A stretch of 8,748 nucleotides of DNA from Octopus sinensis (taxonomy: Eukaryota). Made by a program: the position numbers and the translations under genes. Of the stretch, positions 1 to 7,095 are shown one piece after another (positions within the stretch are counted from its first letter, which is position 1; each line of letters opens with the position of its first letter). The stretch spans positions 1 through 8,748 of the forward strand of contig NW_021828282.1 in the NCBI RefSeq assembly GCF_006345805.1, given 5' to 3'. Below the pieces are notes generated by a model. The model made no database searches and was not told where the DNA came from. It worked only from the letters and a program-made list of their open reading frames with translations.

Positions 1-56
1 GGCTTCTAACAACGATGCAAAGACACATCGCTGGAATGTTGCTAACGAAAACAATG

Positions 57-345
57 TCACATTTTAAACTTTAGAAAAGTCTTGCATAGCATTACTGTTC
101 CGCTTACAGATTGTATTTGTAATGTAGAATCAGTTGGTTGATTTCTTTTTCTGAAAATCCAAGCTTATCCAGACAACTGTTAAGCATTTACTTACAAAAC
201 CATTGATATATATGTAAATTTATAATCCGGAGAGAGCAGCTGGAAGTTTTGGAGCGTAGTTGTCCATAGTTATCTCTTTGATTTTCCAAGAGATATTCAC
301 ATCAGTAGGACAGCTGACCTCTATGACGGTACATACTTTCGTATG
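57..345 (-). mobile_element. Decayed 3' end of an R4/Dong-like non-LTR retrotransposon ORF (REL endonuclease C-terminus)
   Basis: Minus-strand translation across several frameshifts gives KVCTVIEVSCPTDVNISWKIKE / DNYGQL / LQNFQLLSPDYKFTYI / GFVSKCL / NSCLDKLGFSEKEINQLI / LQIQSVSGTVMLCKTFLKFKM*, with the stop at 59-57. This resembles the C-terminal REL domain of R2/R4-group elements as I recall it from octopus repeats (...VEVSCPADVNI..KIKEKE..YG.L.RNLQLLYPDYKF...LEKLGFS...QIQS..GTVKICKTF.KF). Clade assignment is from memory. Homology may extend to about 450. Confidence 0.8.
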
Positions 346-690
346 TGTGTCGTTATTCAGTCTTATTTCAATATTTCTTGCCAATAGAGAAAGAGCTGGT
401 TTCTAACCCAGATCCAAGGTTCTTTCATTTGAATTTCAATATCAGCAACAAAGTATTTTTGTATGAATGTATGTTTATGTGCAGATTTGCATGTTTTGTT
501 TTATGTCTGTCTTCTCATGCATGTAGTTGCACGTCTAGACATGCTCATATATAGTTCAATGATAAACTTCTGAAAAGTTTTACAGATTTTTACAGTTCCA
601 GTGATGATTTAGATCTTGTAGTCTCCGAATTAGCTTTCTCCTTTATGGTTTTAAGAAGACTGGTATTTAGGCAATGTGCTACATATCCAT

Positions 691-856
691 ATGCAAGCAT
701 GCATGCATGCATGCATGTATGTATGTATGTATGTATGTATGTATGTATGTATGTATGTATGTATGCATGTATGTATGTATGTGTGTGTGGTGTGTGTGTA
801 TGTATGTATGTATGTATGTATGTATGTATGTATGAATGTGTGTATGTATGTGTGTG
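691..856 (+). repeat. Compound microsatellite (GCAT)n-(GTAT)n-(GT)n
   Basis: Directly visible tandem tetranucleotide and dinucleotide units; a more decayed version lies at about 460-545. Confidence 0.97.
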
Positions 857-898
857 ACGCCAAGACAAAGCAGGCCTAATATGTCCGAAGGCGATAGC

Positions 899-952
899 GA
901 TTTGATGGAAATTTGGTTATTATTTCTAGCATGTTGGGTAACTACGGAGTGG
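899..952 (+). repeat. Possible fragment of an octopus interspersed repeat
   Basis: GATTTGATGGAAATTTGGTTATTATTTCTAGCATGTTGGGTAACTACGGAG resembles a motif I recall as recurrent in octopus DNA (GATTTGAGGGAGATTTGGCTGCTATTTCTAGCAGGTCGAGCGACCACGTAG). Memory only, unverified. Confidence 0.3.
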
Positions 953-1460
953 GTCGATGATGTAATTTTGACAGAAATGCTTGCTTTTCCTTCGACACGC
1001 AGACTTATTGGGTGTTACATTGATATATTTTCGAAGAATCTTATTAAACCCCATAAATACACTGACTGGCTAATGTTTGTCTATTTTCATTTTCGTCACG
1101 TTGTTAAAAACAAACAGACAAACAAAAAGGAAGAAAAAATGGGAGAAAAAGAAAGAAAAAGAATAAACACCGACACAAAATGAGTGGTGAATGCGTTTCT
1201 AAGTTTTAATAATGTTTTTTTTTTTCTTTCCAAAATATAACAATATTGGTTTCCACGCACAATTCCAGATCAAAATTCTTGCAAAACAAATTAAAAAAAA
1301 AACGAAAGAATTTTATTGATTACAAGATTAATGGTTGTACGACCCAGCACCATCAACAAGGAACCGACATTAAATATTGACTGTTTCTTGCCTAAATTAT
1401 TTTAAACAATATACCGAAATAAACCTTTTTACGTCAAAAGAAACTTCGAGATGAACGTGA

Positions 1461-1810
1461 AATAATTTGTTTTTGGAATATTGAAACTCGCAGCAAATAA
1501 AAGGAGTAAATATTGATTTAAAACTTCTTTGGATAGAATGTGTCGAAGGATTGTCGTGGGACGCGAACCCATATCGTCTGTAAGCATGATAGACGTTCTA
1601 CCTTTAGACCAAAGTATTTGTTCGAATTTCTTTCTCTATACTTGAAATGTTATTCTTACCAGCAAGAATTGCATTTGGACGTCATAATGAACGTGAGACG
1701 GGCAGCTTTCAAGTTTTCCTGTTCGAAGGAGATTTTAAAATCCAACGTTTTCACGCTATTATTTATAGCTTTGTCTGCTTCGAGTTTCAATGTTCAGAAA
1801 AAGAATTATT
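1461..1810. mobile_element. MITE-like element bounded by imperfect inverted repeats
   Basis: 1461-1501 matches the reverse complement of 1770-1810 at 33 of 41 positions without gaps, including an exact ATTGAAACTCG core. Gapped similarity continues to about 1533 and 1722. A 12-bp direct repeat AAACCTTTTTAC lies at 1421-1432 and 1813-1824. Confidence 0.55.
1548..1617 (-). pseudogene. tRNA-derived relic (SINE head or tRNA pseudogene) with Pol III A and B boxes
   Basis: Minus strand: A-box-like TGGTCTAAAGG (1611-1601), a CGTCT/AGACG stem, and B-box-like GGTTCGCGTCC (1569-1559) in a T-arm ATGGG-TTCGCGT-CCCAC (4 of 5 pairs). There is no paired acceptor stem, so it is not a functional tRNA. Confidence 0.6.
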
Positions 1811-1861
1811 CCAAACCTTTTTACAAGTTTTCTTGTGTGTGAGTCTTGCAGATTGCATTGC

Positions 1862-2420
1862 AAAAGTGTTCTAGTGAAGATTCTGTCTCACAAGGTTCTT
1901 TCCCTAGTCGTGACATTTCCAACCCAATTTAACAGAGGAGAACGGAAGTCCGAGGACCGAGGATAGCGGAAACCTCAGCAGTGCCTGATGGGGAAAGGGA
2001 TTTGCTTATTGTTGCCTCGTACTGCACATGGTCATCTTCCGGCCATTTTCATGACAAGCAAACAAGCTCCCGGACTTAAGACTGAAATGCCGAGGTTGGT
2101 ACAGGAGAAGGTGACATCTCTGATGAGTAATTCGGCGAACAGGTAAAAAGTGTGTAGCAGATCGCAACTCAGATTCGATCTTACAACAACTTTGTTCAAA
2201 TTTGAATCCTCGTTAGGTTAACATCACAACCATTGATAAAACAATCACTCAGCTGACAACACATCTCCTGACACATATTGCAGCCAATCATATTTTGTCG
2301 CAGCTGTAATGGACGTCGGCAGACAACAGGAGGACGGACTTAGTTTTAGCATCCTCAGAAATATAGAGATTCAAGAACAATAAAGAGGATGTAAAAGATT
2401 TCTCACTGAAGATTTCTTAA
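1862..2420 (+). mobile_element. Heavily decayed LINE reverse transcriptase fragment (clade unresolved; RTE/L2/CR1-like)
   Basis: Motif-like peptides in the expected order and roughly the expected spacing: KILSHKVLSLV..PTQF (1877-1930, like KIL.NRL...PxQxGF), LLLPRTAHGHLP (2006-2041, like FxDxxxAYDxxP), RLVQE (2093-2107), then after a frameshift LQQLCSNLNPR*VNITTIDK (2181-2240, like LRQGCSLSPxLFNIxID), SADN..DLVLASSE (2316-2360, like FADDLVL.ASSE) and KDFSLKIS (2394-2417, like GLKIN). Stops and frameshifts are present and each motif is degenerate. Confidence 0.5.
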
Positions 2421-2649
2421 CGATAGCAAAGACCTTGCCTCACGCTATGGCATCAAGACATTCTCTTACCTCACATTCTTTAATATCCATCTACCCCTAT
2501 ACAAAGCTATATCTTCTGAGTTTGTCATATGACACAAACACAAAAGTGGATTAAGAACTTCTCACATAAAACACACAGTTCACTCATTTATACACACACC
2601 TATCCACACTTCTCGTCGCAACGCCATACAATATTACGACAAACACTAA

Positions 2650-2848
2650 GGCGGTGAGATGGCGGCCGGGAAGAATACTCAGCGGTATTTCGTCCGTCTT
2701 TACCCACTGAGTTAAATTCCGCCCAGGTCGACTTTGCTTTTCATCCTTTCGGGGTCGATAAATTAAGTACCAGTTGAACATCAGGGGTCGCTGTAATCGA
2801 CTTTGCCCCACCTCCGAAATTGCTGGCCTTGTGCCAAACTTTGACATC
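2650..2848 (+). mobile_element. tRNA-derived octopus SINE, near full length
   Basis: Head GGCGGTGAGATGGC...AGCGGTATTTCGTCCGTCTTTAC...GAGTTAAATTCCGCC, central GGTCGACTTTGCTTTTCATCCTTTCGGGGTCGATAAATTAAGTACCAG and tail GGGGTCGCTGTAATCGACT...GAAATTGCTGGCCTTGTGCCAAACTTTGA match the abundant octopus SINE as I recall it. It is flanked by a decayed 17-bp target-site duplication (2633-2649 and 2849-2865, 14 of 17 identical). Confidence 0.9.
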
Positions 2849-3081
2849 ATTATGACAAAAATTAATTTATTCACATTTCCTATTTGTGTTATCCTCAAAC
2901 TCGATATTTCATTATACATTTCCTTGGTTTCGTTACATCCAGCTATTAAACAATTAGCGTTATTAATTAATTGATGTTGAAGATATCTCTTATTTTCTTA
3001 CATTGTTATTTGTGTAAACTTAATGTTTTCATCAAACGAAACCTTGTGACCTGATATCTTTCTCAACAACAATTACATCAA

Positions 3082-3279
3082 ACGCTAAAGGTTTATTCCA
3101 TCCGGGTGTCTGGCATCGGAGCGACCAAGGCCAAGAGGTTCCACATGAGACGATAAACCGGTGGCGTGGAGGTTCCGTTAAATAACATCGTTTATAGCAG
3201 CTTGGCAAGAGGAAATGACCTACGATGACCAGAGAGCAAGGGCAGCCTTGAACTCGTCCTTCGTAGCTTTACAATAATC
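3082..3279 (-). mobile_element. Decayed CRE-like non-LTR retrotransposon fragment (zinc-knuckle end plus REL endonuclease start)
   Basis: Minus-strand translation DYCKATKDEF...QAAINDVI*RNLHATGLSSHVEPLGLGRSDARHPDGINL aligns with the CRE-type consensus H.ALNDV.KR.L..AG.PS.LEP.GL.R.DG.RPDGIT. The upstream GGT CAT TTC C(T)CT TGC CAA restores to GRFPRH with a 1-nt indel, two CpG-type transitions and one further substitution. In-frame stops are present. Confidence 0.75.
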
Positions 3280-3519
3280 TGCTTCAAAGAAATTAAATCT
3301 AATTAAAAAAAAATACCTACCATGACACATCTTTTACAACAGACAGATTTAACATATTGTTTCGTTTACTTTAAAGAGGGCCCTATTCTCCAGACACAGT
3401 GTTGTCTGCTCAGTGAATATATTCCGTTTTCCCCTCTATTTATACCCTTATATCTCACTCTATCACTCTCTCTCCATCTCTCACTCCAATTCTTTCTGTT
3501 GCAGTGTACGTTCAGCGTC

Positions 3520-3524
<5 letters not shown>

Positions 3525-3594
<70 letters not shown>
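3525..3594 (+). repeat. Compound microsatellite (CT)n-(AT)n
   Basis: Directly visible. Confidence 0.97.
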
Positions 3595-3752
3595 GACAAT
3601 CGGTGTTGGTGTGTTTACGTCCACGTAACTCGGTAAAAAAAGTACCAGACTTTAAAAAGTCTTGGGATCAATTTGTTCTACTAAAACCCTCCAAAGCGGT
3701 GCTCCAGCATGGCCTCAGTCAAGTAACTGAAACATAAAAAAACTAAAGAATA
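3595..3752 (+). mobile_element. 5'-truncated octopus SINE (3' body and tail of a second family)
   Basis: GACAATCGGTGTTGGTGTGTTTACGTCCACGTAAC...AAGTACCAG...GCGGTGCTCCAGCATGGCCTCAGTCAAGTAACTGAAACA plus an A-rich tail matches the recalled octopus SINE 3' end (GGCGGTGCTCCAGCATGGCCGCAGTCAAATGACTGAAACAAG). The tRNA head is absent. Confidence 0.85.
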
Positions 3753-3753
3753 T

Positions 3754-3772
3754 GCGCGCGCACATACACACT

Positions 3773-3805
<33 letters not shown>
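3754..3805 (+). repeat. (CG)n-(CA)n microsatellite
   Basis: Directly visible. Confidence 0.95.
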
Positions 3806-3808
<3 letters not shown>

Positions 3809-4224
3809 CAAAGAGGTCATTACATATTCCATTTTAATTGTCGTTAGATGTTTTTTATCCTATAAAAATCACAAAAGATTTCATCTCCCATATTACAATA
3901 GCGGGTCACTGATACACATTATACATATTCCACTATTAAACTACATTTTCACATTTTACACTATATTAAATACTATAATAAAAACAAATTTTCAGGCGAA
4001 TATAACGGACGTTTCTCTGTGTGTGCATATGTGATTTCAATGGCGGACGTGAACAAGCCATGGCGTTTTTCATCATGATAACTTGCAAGAATATTTAAAA
4101 TTTTAAAATTAATATTCAGAGCGAAATATTCACTGAACTTTCTTATAGACTATGTGAAATATTAATATTAACTGATACGATATAGTTTATAGTAATTACA
4201 TATGGATGAGATATTTTAATATGC

Positions 4225-4256
4225 GTATATATATATAATAATATATATATATAATT

Positions 4257-4295
<39 letters not shown>
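4225..4295. repeat. Interrupted (AT)n microsatellite
   Basis: Directly visible; it abuts the start of the first duplicated block. Confidence 0.95.
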
Positions 4296-4298
<3 letters not shown>

Positions 4299-4984
4299 AT
4301 AAAATAGAACATATGCATATATATAAACATATATGTACGTACCTACCTCTCTACATGTACATATACACGCATATATGTGTACAGGACACCAAAAGACGTC
4401 GAACACATAGAGAGACGAAACACATAGACACAAACCAAGGAACAAGACAAGCAAAAAAAGAGAGAGATACAGGACAATAAGCACAACGAAAAACCCCTTC
4501 TTCAGTCGCTAAGATTTCATCTACTAAACGTTTCGAAGGATAAAAGCGAGACGTATACTTCGAAGAAAAATTCCTTCGCGAAAAAAGCAAATCAATTAAA
4601 ATTCTGAGATCTTTTCGCAGAGGGGTAAAAAAAAGCAAGACGGTAACGACAGTACAAACATATAACAGTAAAAAATATATATAAACAGTGGAAAAATAAA
4701 TATATAACAGTGAGAGACAGGACAAGTGAACAAGATAAGAAGGGCTGTTAACGCCAGACGAAAAAAGTATTGCAAACGCTGGATTATCGTGGACGACGAG
4801 AGGAGCAAATGTAGTCGACCAGTAGCCTTACAAGGCGGGCGAGAAAAGACAGGATAGCAGTTACGACGGAAGTATCGTCGCAGATGGACGACGGGAATGG
4901 GGGAGGAGGAGCAGGAGGAAGAGAGAGAAGAAGGGGAATGGTGCGAGGAGACCATAAGAATGGTGAAAGGGAGAGAGAGAATGA
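4296..4984 (+). repeat. Direct duplication, copy 1
   Basis: Aligns end to end with 5151-5831, from TTAATAAAATAGAACATATGC to GAATGGTGAAAGGGAGAG..GAATGA. Confidence 0.97.
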
Positions 4985-5150
4985 AGAATGAGAAGAGGGA
5001 AGAGACAAGTTAAGTGAGGGAAAAAAGACGAGAAAGGAATGGGAGAGAAAGAAAGAAAGATGCAGAGTCGCGTGAGAGTTAATATCAAGGCTAACTTGAT
5101 AAACAAACAATCTTACTTAATAGGGTGCGTGCGTTTAGTCGTATAATATG

Positions 5151-5831
5151 TTAATAAAATAGAACATATGCATATATATAAACATATATGTACGTACCTA
5201 CCTCTACATGTACATATACACGCATATATGTGTACAGGACACCAAAAAGACGTCGAACACATAGAGAGACGAAACACATAGACACAAACCAAGGACAAGA
5301 CAAGCAAAAAAAGAGAGAGATACAGGACAATAAGCACAACACAAACCCCTTCTTCAGTCGCTAAGATTTCATCTACTAACCGTTTCGAAGGATAAAAGCG
5401 AGACGTATACTTCGAAGAAAAATTCCTTCCCGCGAAAAGCAAATCAATTAAAAATTCTGAGATCTTTTCGCAGAGGGTAAAAAAAGCAAGACGGTAACGA
5501 CAGTACAAACATATAAACAGTAAAAAATATATATATAAACAGTGGAAAAATAAATATATACAGTGAGAGACAGACAAGGAGAACAAGATAGAGGGCTGTT
5601 AACGCCAGACGAAAAAAGTATTGCAAACGCTGGATTATCGTGGACGACGAGAGAGAGCAAATGTTTCGACCAGTAGCCTTACAAGGCGGGCGAGAAAAGA
5701 CAGGATAGCAGTTACGACGGAAGTATCGTCCGCAGATGACGACGGGATGGGGAGGAGGAGCAGGAGGAAGAGAGAGAAGAAGGGAATGGTGCGAGAGACC
5801 ATGAAGAATGGTGAAAGGGAGAGAAGAATGA
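5151..5831 (+). repeat. Direct duplication, copy 2
   Basis: Aligns with 4296-4984 at an offset of about 855 bp; a unique 166-bp spacer lies at 4985-5150. Confidence 0.97.
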
Positions 5832-5847
5832 TGTATATGTATGTTTA

Positions 5848-5906
5848 TTCTTCTCTCTCCCCCTCTCTCTGTGTCTCCCTCTCTCTCTGTCTTCCCCTCT
5901 CTCTTT
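5848..5906 (+). repeat. (CT)-rich low-complexity tract
   Basis: Directly visible. Confidence 0.9.
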
Positions 5907-5955
5907 GTAGCCGTGTATTTATCTTTTTATAAACGTCTTTAAGAGATAAAATTGT

Positions 5956-6086
5956 TTTTATTAAATAAAATTCATTTTGATATCTAAAACATTTTAACGA
6001 ATAAAAGTCATTTCGATAAATAAAACTCACTGGAATAAATGTAATCGATTTTAATAAATGTAACTTGTTTTAATAAATGATAAAAA
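5956..6086 (+). repeat. Degenerate AT-rich minisatellite, period about 19 bp
   Basis: Units start at 5956, 5975, 5992, 6011, 6030, 6049 and 6068 (e.g. TTTTAACGAATAAAAGTCA, TTTCGATAAATAAAACTCA, TTTTAATAAATGTAACTTG). Confidence 0.6.
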
Positions 6087-6377
6087 AAATGTTGAACGAC
6101 TTCATTTTAATAAATATTATTTATTGTAATCAATAAAATTTATTTAATAACCAGAAAAACCCATTCTATGACCCCTTTCCCGCCTCTCACCGTCTCTGTT
6201 TCTCTGCTTCTCTAATATGAAGTTTGTCACTATGGTCGGATGTTGCGTTTGAACTACGGAAGGAAATAGGGGAAATAATTGAAATTTCTAGTAAGAGGTC
6301 CTTAATCATCAAGCTCGATTTTGCCGGTCCAAAGCATTTAATAAACATGTCCTGAACGACCCTGGTTGTTTTCAGAC

Positions 6378-6413
6378 TTTTACGTTCTGAGTAAAAGAGA
6401 GTTTTCCTTTCAT
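6378..6413 (+). mobile_element. Possible tiny eroded SINE fragment
   Basis: TTTACGTTCTGAGT followed by CCTTTCAT, two pieces resembling the SINE family seen at 2650-2848. Confidence 0.3.
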
Positions 6414-6545
6414 AAGTCCCAAGTAACTCTGTTGGTTGAAAGAAAAAAAAAAACCGAGAATGTGTGTTGTATATGATGCCTGGACGCCCGGGGAAAACGT
6501 CCTGTGCAATAACATGTGATGTAGGGGACAGGGAAAGGGTTAACT

Positions 6546-6866
6546 ATGGAAGGAAATCGGAAATATAACGGAGGCTTTAAACATAGTGAACTAACTTCGA
6601 GGGTTCCTAAAAGATTAGCAGCTATGGAAAGGAATCGGCGACACAATGAAGATATTAATGAAATGAAACCGTTTAATGAGATGAACCAGTTTCGATGTTG
6701 TGAGACAAGCTAAACTAAGGAAGAACATCGGGGACATAATGAACAATTTTTAACACAATGAATCAATTTCGTGTGCTGATGCCTTCAAGAAGCATAAGTA
6801 TGGAAGAAAATCGACGACATAATTGAAATGTTTAACATTATGCAGCAATGTTATGTGGATCAATAA
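6546..6866 (+). repeat. Degenerate tandem repeat of about 80-90 bp (4 units, plus an outlying partial unit at 6256)
   Basis: Units start at 6546, 6624, 6717 and 6800 and share A(T/A)GGAA(G/A)(G/A)(A/G)AATCG..GACA(T/C)AA(T)..A...TTTAA. 6256 (ACGGAAGGAAATAGGGGAAATAATTGAAAT) matches the start of the unit at 6800. Confidence 0.8.
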
Positions 6867-6879
6867 GTTTACGTATCGC

Positions 6880-6932
6880 GAGAGAAAGAGAGAGAGAGAG
6901 AGAGAGGGGGGAGAGAAAAGTGAAAGAGAGGG
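6880..6932 (+). repeat. (AG)n microsatellite
   Basis: Directly visible. Confidence 0.95.
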
Positions 6933-6963
6933 ATAGGTAATTAGATGTATCGATACGGATATA

Positions 6964-7095
6964 GGTAGGTCGGTCGGTTGGTAGGTAGGTAGGTAGGTAG
7001 GTAGGTAGGTCGGTCGGTCGGTCGGTCGGTCGGTCGGTTGGTAGGTCGGTCGGTCGGTCGGTTGGTAGGTCGGTCGGTCGGTTGGTAGGTAGGTA
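6964..7095 (+). repeat. (GGTN)33 tetranucleotide array
   Basis: 33 uninterrupted GGTA/GGTC/GGTT units. Confidence 0.97.

Noticed and set aside
590-879. ORFs of 67-92 aa rich in H/T/Y/I or M/Y/V/C
   Set aside because: They are translations of the (GTAT)n microsatellite.
1540-1874. Plus-strand ORFs of 100 aa and 75 aa
   Set aside because: No recognisable domain; they run across the antisense tRNA-like relic and an inverted-repeat arm, so they are probably chance ORFs.
2221-2340. Minus-strand Cys-rich peptide CNMCQEMCCQLSDCFINGC suggesting an insulin-like or toxin peptide
   Set aside because: Cys spacing does not fit an insulin A chain, there is no signal peptide or splice support, and it is antisense to the RT relic.
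2318-2344. GRQQEDGLS resembling the RT motif GVQQGDPLS
   Set aside because: It overlaps the SADN..DLVL motif in another frame, and its spacing conflicts with the more coherent motif series; treated as coincidence.
2523-2534. 12-bp palindrome TGTCATATGACA
   Set aside because: Palindromes of this length are expected by chance in a window of this size.
2584-2974. ORFs of 111 aa (-) and 66 aa (+)
   Set aside because: They are translations of the SINE and its flanks.
3440-3520. Strong polypyrimidine tract plus TTGCAG acceptor on the plus strand
   Set aside because: It is followed directly by (CT)n(AT)n and a SINE, with no plausible exon or donor.
4296-5660. Several minus-strand hydrophobic ORFs of 60-157 aa
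   Set aside because: They are low-complexity L/F/S/Y translations of A/G-rich DNA, and the frames differ between the two copies.
4296-5831. LTR/TRIM interpretation of the direct repeats
   Set aside because: No TG...CA termini on both copies, no primer-binding site or correctly placed polypurine tract, and no target-site duplication.
6546-6866. CRISPR-like or reflectin interpretation of the spaced repeats
   Set aside because: The context is eukaryotic, the units are degenerate along their whole length with no constant repeat and unique spacer, and the reflectin M/FD(X)5MD motif is absent.
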